A DNA stretch of 64,000 nt, from contig MU053304.1 of NCBI GenBank assembly GCA_013239625.1, positions 372,001 to 436,000 of the forward strand, written 5' to 3'. The DNA comes from Lama guanicoe (lineage: Eukaryota). The position numbers were made by a program, and so were the translations under genes. Below the pieces are notes generated by a model, which did not search any database, was not told where the DNA came from, and saw only the letters and a program-made list of their open reading frames with translations. Shown in pieces: positions 1 to 13,045 of the stretch. Positions within the stretch are counted from its first letter, which is position 1, and each line of letters starts with the position of its first letter.

Positions 1-135
1 GTTTAGTCCTCACAACAATCCTATTAGGTGATTACTTATCCCCATTTTACAGATTAGAAAAACAAGGCATGGGCCCTAATTCACTAGGCTGATGAGAATT
101 AGAATGATGATTCAAACCCAGATAGTCTTGGTTGA
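1..135 (-). mobile_element. MIR SINE fragment (similar fragments near 20740-20930, 26240-26450, 48020-48225, 51140-51290, 54850-55105, 57205-57410, 59470-59610)
   Basis: MIR core-like tcctcacaacaatcct...tatccccattttacaga. Confidence 0.65.
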
Positions 136-3100
136 AATAATTTAATATTCCCATAAACAGTCCTTCTTCAAAGAGGTTGCCATGGAAACTTAGGACAAAT
201 ACTCCAGGGTCTGAATTAAAGGAAACTGGGACTATTTTGCAGGTGCCTGGAACAGGAAGTAACCGTGAGACCAAAGGAGGAAAAAGAGATTGGGAGAAGG
301 CAGTTTTTAAAATTAAGAAAATAAAACGAAAGAGTGGAAAGCTTTAAAACCTTTGAGGATTTCGCTACGGAGAGTTGAAAGGGCTGCTAATATCGTTGCA
401 TTCCCACTTCAGCTCCTACCTGGCAAGGGACTTGTGCTTCCTGTGGGTTCTTCCCGGGATGGTTTTTGATTCTGTTTCTGACTCGTCTCTCACGTGGACT
501 GGCCCGTGTGTGGAGCCAGGTGTGGAGCCTGTGCACAGCTGGCTCTAATTTGAGGGGCCTTCTGCCATTTTAAGATGACCTCACTCCATTCCCTTGACTT
601 TTCAAAATGCAATTCACGCTACATTTCCAAAATTTGGATAATGATTTACTGGCTCTTCTTCTTGCATTATCCTGCTGTGTGAGGGTTTTGTTTGTTTCGG
701 GGCTTGATAACTATTCTTAATGGGGGTTTGCAGACCTAGCTATTAAAGCAGGGAATCAGAAAGTATCACTTCCTTATTTCTACCTTTCTGGCCATTTTTC
801 AGTCTTGGCCAAGGAATTCCTTTCCACCTTCCTGTATCTCCCATATCTACCTTTGAAAGGCCAATGTAGAATAAGGAGCTGATGGTTAAGTCGTTTTGGC
901 ATGAACACGTCTGGATTTGCAACTTGCCTCTGACACTTAACAGCTGTATTTTGGACAAAATAGGGGAGGACTGTACTGCACAGTCAATCTCAGGAGCAGC
1001 AGGGAAACTTGTTCAAAGGGGAACACCCACTCCCCCAGTCCTTTGACAAAAACAAAGACAGATCATTTAACTCTCCTCCAGACAGGGGTACCCCAGACCC
1101 GACAATATTCTCTGTCAAACAGAGGGCTTCCCTAGCCCACATTTCAGGAGCACTGAGAACTGCCAGAGCATTACCCTTCCCACTTTTCTTTCTCTCTCCC
1201 CGACCTCTGCTAACCCAGAAGTTATCACACATGAGCTCCTGGATAATCCCCGGCTCCCACAGGGTGTGTGACAGGCACTGAGGTCTCCCCTCAGCTCAGC
1301 CTCTGATGCCCCGGATGCCTCAAAGAGCCACAGCTGCATGTGTGCACGTCCCTGGGCAGATGATACTCGGGGTGCTCTGAAGCATCCCCAGAACAATGGT
1401 TCAGACATGAGCATTAAGGAATATGTCATATTTCTTGACCCAAAGTGTCAGAACCACCAAGATGAAAAAGCGGTCAAGACAGAAGGTGGTAGCAAGCTTC
1501 AGTACTACTAGTGAGTTTGGCCCGAGGATCACAATCATAAACTCATCCCCCTGTAAGAGAAATGTATGACACATTTACTCATTCATTCAACACACATGTT
1601 CAAGGACTCTGACATTTTTACATTGAACTTGGCATTTCCAGTCCAAATTTTGTGAGGGGTGCTCTGGGTCTCTTGTGATAATCACTGTGCTGTCTGGGAC
1701 ACAAACTGTGACCTGTTCACTAAGTGATGTCCTCTTCCTTCCAGGCATCACTGGATGTCACTGTCCAGCCTCCTTGCAGTGAGGTGTGACCCTGTGACTG
1801 AGTTCTGGTCCATGGGACATGGGCAGAAGTGACATGCACTGCTCCCAGGTCCGGCCCATGAAAAGTTCCCATGTGTGGTCCTCCATGCTCTTCGCCCCTC
1901 AGGCAGCTTGATATGGACAAGCATGGTGACCCTGGAAGTGACATGCTGAAGTGGCAGTACCCTGGGTCTAAGAGTCAGTGCTTGGAGGAGAGCCAGCCTG
2001 CCACACACAACACTCACTTTGGATTTCCTATGACGTTTGAGCCCTATGTATTTTGAGGTTTGTTACAGCCGCTAGTGTTACCTTAAATGGAGCCAGTTGG
2101 AAGATATATTTGACCGTTAGAGAAAATGTCATTCTGTTCTAAAGATTTCAAGTTTAGATGTATTTGTAGTAAACATCTGTTTCCTTTCTAAAAGCTGCCC
2201 AAACTAATTTGATTTTGCAAAGTACTGAAAATTAATATATGGTGCTAAGTCCATGGAGAGGAACAATATGATTCGCTTCACCAGCTTAGCATGCAAATGC
2301 TGTCACGTCTCTCTGAATTTCTAATTACATGTCTACAAGCTTCTATTAGCAGGAGGTTCAGTACATCCACCCTGAGGCCCCCATAACACACACTGCACAC
2401 TGGACACAGAGAGTCAGCTGCCATCTTTGCCTTTGATGCTGCCACCCAGTGCCACTGCTGAAAACTGGTCCCAAAGTCAACAGGATGCTGTGGGCACTGC
2501 AGTGATGCCCCTGCTGATCCTGACCCAAGGGATCCAAGGCCTTGGGTTTTTTAGGCCATCTTCAACAAGCTTGGGATTCTCCCCAAAACTCTACACCAGC
2601 AGGGTGGCTGGACTTTCAGGCTCAGCCCACACCGTGCTGGGAATAGCCCAGCCCTGTCAGCCAGGCAACCTGGCCAGAGCCCACTAGACTACAGCTCTCC
2701 CTAACTTCAGATCTCAGGGAGAAGGGGCTGGGGCCTCGGGAGGCCCTTGGTTTGCTTGTACCAGAACCTGGTACGCCAGGGAGGCCAGCACCTTCTGAGC
2801 CCATTCTTCACTGACCCCCAACTGGAAAATGAGAGCCCACTCTACCTCCATCGTAAAACAGAGCAGCCACCCAGCGGCTCTTCGCCGACCCAGATCTACT
2901 TCAAGATGTCCTTCTGTCTCAGCTTGCTCAAAAAAGCAGCTGGGAGCTTTTTCTCCTCCATTAAAAAAAAAAATTGCTGCATATTACATTGAGCTGGGGG
3001 GAATAGATGATGAGCCCCTGGGAAGATATTAATTTCCATTTGTTACAAAAACATGCAGGCAGACTGCTAAGAATCTGATCCCTTCATTTTGCTTGTAAAA

Positions 3101-4119
3101 GATGTTTTGTATTAGTTCATTCCTTTTTCCAGAGTATATTAATTTGCATTTGCTCCTTTTCAGAACTTGGCTAATGGCTTATTAATTTTGTTAAGACTGA
3201 CAGTATGGGAACTTTCCCTTCAAGTAAACATAATGTTAAATCCTCTAAAGAACCAGCCCAAAAAGAACTTGTGAGCCCAGCAGAGCCGGTCTCCCCGCTC
3301 TAGGTCCACACTGGTCACCCGTGCCCCGACTGTACCCAGCCCAGGATATCGGATCCCCAGATGATCTGGCCTGAGAGCAAGCAAAAGCCTTTCTCTACCC
3401 AGGTGAAATTTAAATTTTTTTTACTGAAAACAAGCAAGACAGAGGGAAAGGAAGACACAGCAAGCATAAGACTAGACGGATTTGCAGAGTACAGGTGTGA
3501 GCTGCATGACAGGGCACCCTCACCACTCTCCTCTCCCTGGATATGGGGGTCTGCTGGGGGCTTTCCTGATTTTGAGCATCCTCTACCCCACCCCAAGTAC
3601 TTCCGAGGGACTAGTTGGACCAAGACACCAGCCAGGAGTCCATGGCCAGTGGGTGCCCACAAGGTCAAGAGAACCCCCGGACCAAGCCCACCCACCCCGC
3701 AGGCATCTGATGAGGAGGAGGAGCCAGTTACCTCGTGGGACCTGGGCCCCTTCCTCCCTCCCACTCCACTTCACCCCATTCGGCAGAAGGGCCATTTCCT
3801 CCCACGTGCTATTGATTATGTTTATCAGTTCTCTCTCTTCTTCCTCCATTTTGTTTAAATTTATTACTTCCTTTCTCTCTTTTCTCTTGCTTTGTAACTT
3901 AAAGGGAACAAAGTTCATCAGGTATTGACTTGATTTATTGTTTCTCTTTTTTCCCCCTCCCTAATATAAGCACTGGGAGCAATAAATCTCCTCTAAGTAC
4001 TGCATTGGCAGCATCCCAGAAATCGAGATATGTCACTTGCATGCTTTTGTTCTTTAAATATTCTGTGGAGTCCTAAATGTCTTCCCTAACGAAAGGTTTA
4101 TTTAAGAAAGGATCTGCTC

Positions 4120-4630
4120 TGCCAAATGCAATAAAAAGCAGCTGAAAAAGAGGTTCAACTAGAGGAAGGAAATGGAAGGAGATAAAATTGTCATTTGTCC
4201 ATAATGTGATTTTATTCCTAAGATAATCAAATGAAAAATTCTTAGGATTGATAAGAATTCAGTTAAAGAGAAGGGATACAAAATAAACATTCACAAATCA
4301 ATTCCCTTCCTCTCTACCAATAATTAGAAAATAAAAGAGTAGGGGGAAGACCCCCACACATGCTAGCAACTGTGAAAGTAAAGTACCCTAAAAATGAGTT
4401 TAACAATAGATATGCAGGAACTATATGAAAACTGACAGTCGTAAAGGAAGACAAAAAAATACAGAGATATGTCATGCTCGTGGTGAGACTCAACACTGTG
4501 ATGATGTCACTTCTTTTCAAATTGATGTGTATATTTAAATCAACATCAATCAAAATCTCAGTAGAAGTTTTGGAACTGTGTCCAAATGATTCTGAAGCTC
4601 ATTTGGAAAATTAAAAAGACACCAAGAGAC
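4120..4630 (+). mobile_element. Old LINE-1 ORF2 fragment
   Basis: A-rich, L1-like motifs (gataaaattgtcattt, ggatacaaaataaacattcacaaatcaatt, tgattctgaagctcatttggaaaa). No intact ORF. Confidence 0.65.
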
Positions 4631-5436
4631 ATACATTTCCCTACTTCTTCTCCTGGGCTGGTTGAGGGGGCCTAGATGGCAGAGGTATGAGATAGGCCCG
4701 GTGCGGGACAGGCGGGGATAGAGGACTGGCCACCATCTGGGGCCTTGTGGTCCCTGAGCTTTCAAAGCTCAAAGGAGAGTGACTTCGGGTGTTTCCCACT
4801 GGGGAGGATGCAAGTTTATTTTAGTTGTTCAACAAATATTCACTGAGCTTCAGGCACAATTGTAGGAACCAGGGATGGAACACTGAACAAGACAAAGCCC
4901 CTGCCCTGAGGAGCTGATGTTAGCTGGGGAGGCAGACAACAGACAATGAAACTCAAAACTCCTGTTAGCACATCAAGGTGCTGTGAGGACGTTTAGCCAG
5001 AGACAGCTGGCAAGGGAGACACTCATGGGAGATGAGATGGTTGCCGTGGGGTCATGCAGGGTGAGGGCATCTCCAGAACTGGACCCATGAGAAGAAGGGG
5101 GACGTGCCAGGTGGGGGAGGGTCTGGGCTGGACCCCAGATGCCTTCGTCTTCCCCTGGCTGCACTCCCTTTTTACAGAAACCTTGCTGCCCTGGAAGGCA
5201 TGGCCACTCCCCATTAGTGAGACATCTAACCTGAAGCAGCAGGCAATTTCTCTCTCCAGAAATTTGAAATTGGACACACTGAGTGGAGCCCTTGAGTCAA
5301 GGGGCACTGACTGGCAAGGGGTGAGGAGTGAGGCTCAGCAGGGCAGTGGGCAGGCTGGACTACCTGCCAGCTGAGGAGTGGGGAGCTGAAGGCAGGAGCT
5401 GTGGTTCAGGGAAAAGCAGGAACTTGACTGTCCCCA

Positions 5437-5601
5437 GGAGAGAGAGAAAGACAGAGACACAGAGACAGAGAGGGACAGAGACACAGAGAGAGAGAGACAG
5501 ACAAAGACAGAGAAACAGAGAGAGGGACAGAGACAGAAAGACAGAGAGATGGAGACAGAGACAGAGGGACAAGAGAGAGACAGAAACAGAAAGACAGAGA
5601 A
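5437..5601. repeat. GA-rich / (GAGACA)n simple repeat
   Basis: Degenerate gagaca/gacaga array. It explains the low-complexity ORFs here. Confidence 0.92.
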
Positions 5602-5970
5602 ACCATCCATGACTTTCCGGGGCCCCCATCACTCAGCTTTGTGGGTCTCACAATAGATTCCATGAGAACCTATCTTTTATCAATTGGTCCCCAAGTGACC
5701 AAACTCAGCTAGTACACTGATTTTTCCAAGCACTGTTTTAGGGAATATGCTTTTTAAATATTTAAAATTCTTTCTTAATATTTACCAGCATTTTAATAAA
5801 TATTCAAATTGTTGAAAAATAGGTCAATTTCACCTTTTTGACCTCACTCTTTATATTAAGATATTCCAAATTCAGAACACTTCATATACAAATTTTCAGT
5901 TTACACTGATTTCTCTTGAACTCTCTTAAAAGTTATTTTCTGTTTTACCAACATTACGCATCTTTAGGAT

Positions 5971-6060
5971 TCTTTTTTTTCAAATGGAAGTCCTGGGGAT
6001 TGAGTCCAGGATCTCGTGCATGCTAAGCATGCACTCTACCACTGAGCTATTACCCTCCCC
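5971..6060 (-). mobile_element. tRNA-derived SINE (vic-1-like), short
   Basis: Reverse complement reads ggggagggtaatagctcagtggtagagtgcatgcttagcatgcacgag...tcaatcccc, then an A-tail. Confidence 0.85.
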
Positions 6061-6396
6061 TTTCAGAATTCTTTTACCAATTCTCTGAATGACAAGTTTG
6101 ATGAACCTAGCAAATGTTCAGATGTACCAGACTCATTGCTTCTCACTATTTATAAAGCTGACAAGCAATTTGTATTTCATGGAATGGTTTTAAAAGAATT
6201 GGAAAGCATTTTTGATTTTGTCTTCAGATGGCATTTTAAGGAATGTTTGACTTCCCCCTCAGAGCAGAGCAAATAGAAAGGAGATGAGGAGGCTGGAGCA
6301 GAGAGAGGGGAAGGAGAACTGCTAGCAAGGAAGAAAGGGGTAGTGTATGTTAGGTGCACATGAAGGTTGTCAGGAGCAAGTGGAGGTGAGAGCAGG

Positions 6397-6657
6397 TACA
6401 CAAGGAAAACAGAGCAGCCTGCAGGAAGCCCCAGAGGAAGGGCGAGAGGCCGCCTTGCAAGAAACCCCACGTGTCTTTCTTCCTACACAAGGAAAACAGA
6501 GCAGCCTGCAGGAAGCCCCAGAGGAAGGGCGAGAGGCCGCCTTGCAAGAAACCCCACGTGTCTTTCTTCCTACACAAGGAAAACAGAGCAGCCTGCAGGA
6601 AGCCCCAGAGGAAGGGCGAGAGGCCGTCTTGCAAGAAACCCCACGTGTCTTTCTTCC
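6397..6657. repeat. Tandem repeat, 3 x 87 bp, near-perfect
   Basis: Units start at 6397, 6484 and 6571 (TACACAAGGAAAACAGAGC...CACGTGTCTTTCTTCC). One C>T in the third copy. Confidence 0.97.
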
Positions 6658-8436
6658 GTGCAGCTGGAAAAACCAAAGCAGAGCACAAGCAAATGAAATA
6701 TTTACCTAACTGCAAGCACATGTATAATTAGGTTGTTTCTGCTTTTTTTCTTATTAAAATAATGTTAAATTAGATATAATTAGGCATTGAGGTTTTAGCA
6801 TGTTTAGAATCATTTTCTTACAGAATGCCTAGAAATAAGTGGATCAGAAGGTTAAAACACCAACGTTCACGCCGAAGTACTTCCCCATTGAGGGTCAGGG
6901 GTTTTACCGGTTTTTCCCGGCAATGTCTGACACAGCCGGGTGGCCTACACCTTCAATGCGCACTGAGTATTTGCTCCTTAAAATACCCATGGTTTAGTGA
7001 CTGCAGCTACAATCCATGGGAGGATAGCTTTGATTTTGCTCTTGAAACATGTATCAAGCCCTATTGCCAGCACGCAGTTCATCCTGTCCCACACGTTACG
7101 TCACTGATTTTGGAGCAAAGAGCTCTGTCTTCTGGCAGCGGCACTGTCCTTGAGGCTCCTCTCCTTCCAATCCAACCTGCGAATGCTTAACCTGGAGATC
7201 TGCATATAAAGACAGGGACTGTTGTAATTGTGTGCTGTTAATATTCTCAGGAAGCAGACTGACTGGAAGAGGAAGTCTTGTCAGGAAGGGAAAAGCAGTA
7301 GTGGGAGAAGCCCGCGGTGTACCTTCAAGAGTGGAAAGTCTGGCCGGGGAACAACAACAGAAGCTCATGCACGTTTATTCTGAAAGTGAACAGAGTGGAT
7401 GGAAGACCTTCAAGTCACCTGCCCTAGGTTGATTCCAGTTTCTCTCTTCTGCAGGTAAAGGGGCTGGTGATGGCCGAGGGGGGCCAAGATGGTGCGCGGG
7501 GCAGGGGCCTCTGCGTAGACCTTGATGTCCCAGTACAAGTGACTGTCCTCATCAAACAATGGACAAGTTCAGAAGCCATGTTAAATATCAATTTTAAAAA
7601 TCCACAGTGGTTTCTGCTTTGAGATGCTCTTGATTTAGTGATCTGATATGAAAATGCAAATTCTTGCAGAAAACAGTTTTTGTCTGAAAAAAGTATTAAA
7701 ACTGTAGGTTTTTAATGGTTGTTAAGAGAACTGCTACCTCCCCCTCCCGGATTTCACACTCATTGCTCCCTCAGTAGATGAAGAAAATGCTCAAGGAACA
7801 GTTTTTGACTTCACGCTGGTCCAGTGAGAAACCACTGTTCACAATTGATAAAAGATATGTTCTCAAGGAATCTATTGTGAGACCCAATATCCTCCAGCTC
7901 CAAGCTGGTCCCTGTTGGAACCCTCGGTCCAGGGGATGTGGGCTTTGTTCCTGGGTCTGGCCAGGCTGCCCACACACTGACAGTCAACTATTTGGAAATC
8001 CTTAGGGACCCAACCAGGAGACTCGTGTGACCAGCAGGGGGGTTTTCAGAGGCTGAGATCCTCGAAGAGAAGGCAACAAGTTCTCTCTGCTGAGCCCAGA
8101 CCTGAGCCCCCAGATTCCACCAGAGCCTCCAGACCACTGGGGAGGCCTCATCCACCCAACCTAGACTCCGCCTCCTGGAAGTTCTGTTACTCCTGGTCTC
8201 ACCTGCCCTCTGTGACAGCAAAGTCCTGGAGGAAAAGCCAGGAACAGTAGGTGGGGAGACAAGAGCACAAAGGCGGGGATTACAGTCCCCTAGAGCAGGG
8301 CAGCACCGGGGGGGGTGGGTCTTTGTTCCTTGAACCTGGACAGCCCAGGGAGATTCTGCTCTCCAGAAGGAAGGACGCATCATGCATGCATTCATTCAAG
8401 CATCTACTCTGTGCCATATACTCTGCTAAGTGCTTG

Positions 8437-8920
8437 TGTAAGGGGGAATATAAATCTAATTTAAAATTTAGTTTTAGATTTCCCTTAGTGCCAAAAGGGA
8501 AAGAGAATTTCCCTCTTCATTAGAAATTGGAATGCTTCCTCTGTCTTTGAGATGTGTGTAAATCTTCTTTAAAGCTAAATGAGCCTCTTGCTAGTTTTGC
8601 AGTCGCAAGGATGCCCTTCTTGGGGGTCTTGAAACATCTCCGAAATGTGAATATCAAGAAGGGCGGCCCCCTTCTCTCGGTCTCTGTGGGAGTTTTAGCC
8701 TAGGTGCTTGGCTCCAGATGTAACTTCCTGCTTGTTGAAAAGATTTAAGCTATTTTAGCTTTTCTTCGGATAAAGACAGTTAACATGTAATAATGGATTG
8801 TATCTGTCCGGCTACATGAAAGGGTGAGATTTCTTTCTGTCTTTGCAGTCTCTTTGATGGATTGCCTGTAATGTGCATGGCAGCCTGGTTCGATGTTTAT
8901 TTAATAGTAAAACTGTTTTT
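8437..8920 (+). mobile_element. ERV1-type solo LTR remnant (MER34-like)
   Basis: Begins tgtaagggg. Contains tttctgtctttgcagtctctt...gattgcctgtaatg...taatagtaaaactgtttt, as recalled for the MER34 family. Confidence 0.55.
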
Positions 8921-10378
8921 AGAACCAGCAATGAAGGACCATTTCTCACCTCTTATCAAATAGAGCACCTACTAAGGGCAGGGAGTAGAGGTAATACAGA
9001 GAGGAATGGGATCTAGTGAGCCTCTAGGAGCCTGTCATCAGAGGGGGTTGGACAAGGGATCAGATAAGAGCTACGTAGCAATTAGGTAAGTACCGTAAGA
9101 GAGGCCCCATGGTGAGGTACAGAAGGAGAGATACGCTTGATAGAGGTTAAGTTTAGGGGAGAAGTTTTCAGGAAAGACTTGGCCTTGAAGGAAGGTGAGA
9201 CGTGGACAGGGAAGACTAGCAGCAGGAGGGAGAACCAGATGACAAGACAACAGTCACTTGGGCTGAAGTGTCGTGAGAGATAAAGCTGGAGAGAGAGGGG
9301 TTTGCCATACTGCACTGGGGGTGGGGCAGAACATAAGGGGAGTCAGGCTCACACCTTTGCCCCCAATCCCCAAAGAAATGACCCTGCCCTGTCCTGCAAA
9401 GGCACCTCCAGACCTCAGACATGACACACGCCCACTGCCCAAAACTAAGTCCCCCCTACCTAGGCCTCGACTTGCGGACCTGAACACCAGGCCCCAGGGG
9501 ACAGTTGGAAAGAAGAGTCATTGTTTTGGAAGCATATGACTTAGACAGGAATTTAGCTATGAAGGGAGAGCATTCTTGGTGAAAGTTAGTCTGGTTTGTT
9601 TTGTAGTACCTGACTCTCCTGTTTGCATTGGAGGGCCATACATCTTCGAAGAGCCATAAAAAGAAAGCTTCAGTGCCAGATAATAAACTTTCAGTGTTCC
9701 ATTTAGTGACAAAGACAAGGAAGTTTTTCCACACAGGGTTAAAGTATAAGTGGGGCATTATATGCCCATATAAATTATGGCTGAGGCCAGGTTAATTTTT
9801 TCTAGGGTTACATATGGATGAGAAAAAGGGCATTAGCATTTTTATGAGGTCACAAAATGTCAGCGCTGACTAATGTCTCTGGTGAACTATCTCATGGATG
9901 GAGTTTAATCTCCCAGATGCCTCTCAGAGGAAAGCCCAAATAGGGGGACAGCCACCCACAGTCTGCCATTCTTGCATTAGAGCTCCTGCTGAAAAACTTA
10001 CTTTCCAATGTGGAGGCCCAGGGACTCACCCCTCATGGCAGAAAATGACTAGTAATCACCCACCTGCCCCTTTGGGACGCTTGACCAAACTATGAGAAGC
10101 GCACATGCCTGTGACCATACTCACTGTCTTCATGGGATTAAAGTCACATTTCAGGTCCCACACCCAGAGGCCCTGCGACAGTGCTGCATTAGTTATAAAC
10201 TGGTGTTTAACAGCACTCTTTGGGGCCTACAATAAGGCTTTCTCCAACTCCCCAGTAATGTAGAAGACAGAGGGAAAAAAGATTGTCCTCCAAGAGGTGT
10301 CTAAAAGAACTTGGAAAGAATACCCAATCAGGACTCGGTCTGATCCATCCCTGACCACCACCATCCCCAACAGAAAGA

Positions 10379-10762
10379 ATGGCTAACATTTGTGTGCAGG
10401 TTTCTGTGCGGACATATGTTTTCTATTCTCTTGGGTATAGGCCTAGGAGTGGGATTACTGGGTCAAATGATAACTCTGTGTTGAACTTTCGGAGGATTTA
10501 CCATATTGTTTTCCAAAGTGGCGGCACCATTTTACATAACCACCAGCAGTATGAGGTTCCAGTATCTCCATGTTCTCACTAATACTTGTTACTATCTTTT
10601 TGATTATAGCTATTCTGTTGCGTGTGGAGTGGTATCTCATTGTGGTTTTCATTTGCATTTCCCCAATAAAAGATGTTGAGCATCTTTTCATGTGCTTATT
10701 GGCCACTTGTATATCGTCTCTGAAGAAAAGTCTATTCAGATACTTTGAACATTTTTTAATTG
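10379..10762 (-). mobile_element. LINE-1 fragment (ORF2 3' end), left part
   Basis: Minus-strand translation ...[36 protein letters not shown]... matches the L1 ORF2 C-terminal region. Confidence 0.88.
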
Positions 10763-11469
10763 GTAAGAGGTATTTTTCATGACACAAAATACGTGGTGTC
10801 TTTTCCAACCTCACTTCTCCAACTTTCCAACACCAACTGGATGTCCTGCAATTCAACTCTATGCTGACACAAACTAACTGAAGTGAGCATCAGACTCCAC
10901 AGGTTTAAGAGTTCAGTCCTACAAGACTGGCCCCTTCAGATGCCAGCCACAAGTATCAGTTCCCCAGACTACCTACAATTCTGTCCAACTTGGCTACAAA
11001 GTCAGAGGTTCCCACCTGCCCCAGGCTCAATAGTTTGCTAGAATGATTCAAAGAAGTCAAAAGAATGCCAAAACGGTCCTGAGCACAGTGAAGTCGGGAT
11101 GTGCCACCATTCTGGCATGTGGATGTGTTCACCTACCCAGAAGCTCTCCAAACGCTGTCATTTAGGGGTCCATATGAGGTGTCATTATGTACACATGATT
11201 GTGCCATTGGTGATGACCTCAATCCCCAGTCCTTCTCTCCTCCCTGAAGGGTTTAGGCATGGAGCTGAAAGTTCCAAGCTTCTAATCAAGGTTTGGTCTT
11301 TCTGGAAACTAGCTCCTATCCGGAGCTACCTAGGAACACACCAAAAGTCACCTCAGTAGTAACAAAAGACTCTCCTGTTACTCTTACCACTCAGGAAATG
11401 TCAAGGGTTTTAGGAGCTCTGTGCCAGGAACTGAGAACAAGGACTAAACATCTTTCTTACTCTATCACA
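10763..11469 (-). mobile_element. LTR (MER21-like) inserted into L1
   Basis: Ends ...tcaagggttttaggagctctgtgccaggaac...ctatcaca, the reverse of the recalled MER21 5' end. L1 sequence resumes right after it. Confidence 0.65.
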
Positions 11470-12450
11470 TCTGGATTATTTATCCTTTTACTATTGAGTT
11501 ACATAATTTGTAAACCTTTTCCACCATTTAGTGCATTGTCTTCTAACTCTCTTGTCAGTGTCTTTTGAAGCACAAAAGCTTTTAATTTTTATGAAGTCCA
11601 ATTTACCTATTTTTCCTTGGTTTATGTTTTTGGTATCATATCTAAAGCACCATTGCTAAATTGAAAGTGACAAAGATTTATCCTTATGGGTTTTTTTCCT
11701 AAGAATTTTATAGTTTTAGCTCTTACATTTAGGCAATGATTCATTTGGGGCTAATTTTGTATCTGGTGTGATGTGGGTATACAACTTTAATTTTTTGGCT
11801 TGTGAATACCCAGTTGTCCCAGCATCATTTGTTACTATTCTTTACTCCATTGATTGTCCTGGCACCCTTGTGAAAAATCAATTGACTTCAAATATGAGAC
11901 TTATCTTTGGGCTCTGAGTTCAATCTTTGATCTATAGGTCCATTGATCTATAGGTCCATCCTTACGCCACTACCACACTGTCTTAATCACTGTTCTTTCT
12001 AGTAAATTTTGAAATTGGGAAGTCCTCCAACTTTCTTTTTCTCAAGATTGTTTGGGTGTTCTTTCATTTTCATATGAATTTGAGGGTCAGTCTGTCGATT
12101 TCTGCAAAGAAGCAAGCTGGGATTCTGACAGGGATTGCACTAAGTCTGTAGATCAATTTGGGGAGTACTGGCATTTTAATAATATTAAATCTTTTGATTC
12201 ATGAACATAGGATATCTTTCCATTTACTTGGAATTTTAAAATTTCTTTCAACAATATTTAAGAATATAGGTTTTATACTTCTGTTGTCAGTTATTCCTAA
12301 GCATTTAATTCTTTTTGATGTTCCTGTGAATGAAATTTTCTTAATTTCATTTTTATTGTTCATTGCAAGTGTATAGCAATACAGTTGATTTTTGTTTATT
12401 GATCTTGTATCTTGCAACTGTGCTGAATTTATCTATTGGTTCTAATATTT
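11470..12450 (-). mobile_element. LINE-1 ORF2 fragment, right part
   Basis: T-rich antisense L1. Translation ...INKNQL..YTL..NNKNEIKKISFT..SKRIKCLGI...SKWKDILCS. Confidence 0.88.
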
Positions 12451-13045
12451 TGCCATACTTTTTTTTAATATTATATGATAACAAAAGAAGTTGAAAAGCT
12501 TCCTTAACCCACCTCATTCCAAAAGTTCCAGAGAACTAATTTCACATAAAAAATGTGGAACACAAAGTATCAAAGTCAAATATCATCCAAAGTGTCTGTA
12601 AGAAAAAAAAAGAGAGTAAGGAGCAGAATAACATTCATACAGACAATGAACAAAACTATACCAACTATTCCAAATCAAGAAAAAACACATCACAAAATTC
12701 ACAATTAACAAAACTCAGAAGTGAGATGACAGCACTCAGGACAAAGTTAGAAATAAAAGAAAAATAAACCCAGATATGAAGACTAAATCAGAAGAAACAC
12801 AGGAGTGAATAAAACGATGCCTCATGAAAAATAGAATGTATAAAGCAGGAAATTTTTTAAATAAAAAAGAAAAGAACACATAAAAGGGATTCAGGAGAAA
12901 TGATAAATATTGGAAATAGGCAAAGGAGTCGTGAAAATGAAATTCATAGCAAGGGAACTGAATAAATACTAAAAACTAAGATTCAAGGAAACTTTCCTGA
13001 AATTTAAAAAGGGCGGAGGTGGGGGGGAACCATCTGATACTACAG

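Noticed and set aside
3315..3928. Overlapping 111-165 aa ORFs
   Set aside because: No recognisable homology, low complexity, and no coherent splice structure.
5328..5663. Arg/Glu-rich and Leu/Ser-rich ORFs
   Set aside because: Translations of a (GAGACA)n simple repeat.
6347..6731. Repeat-protein ORFs or a CRISPR-like array
   Set aside because: A pure head-to-tail 87-bp triplication without spacers. The ORFs result from a unit length divisible by 3, and the DNA is mammalian.
10455..10856. 133-aa ORF
   Set aside because: A decayed L1 ORF2 fragment joined to LTR sequence.
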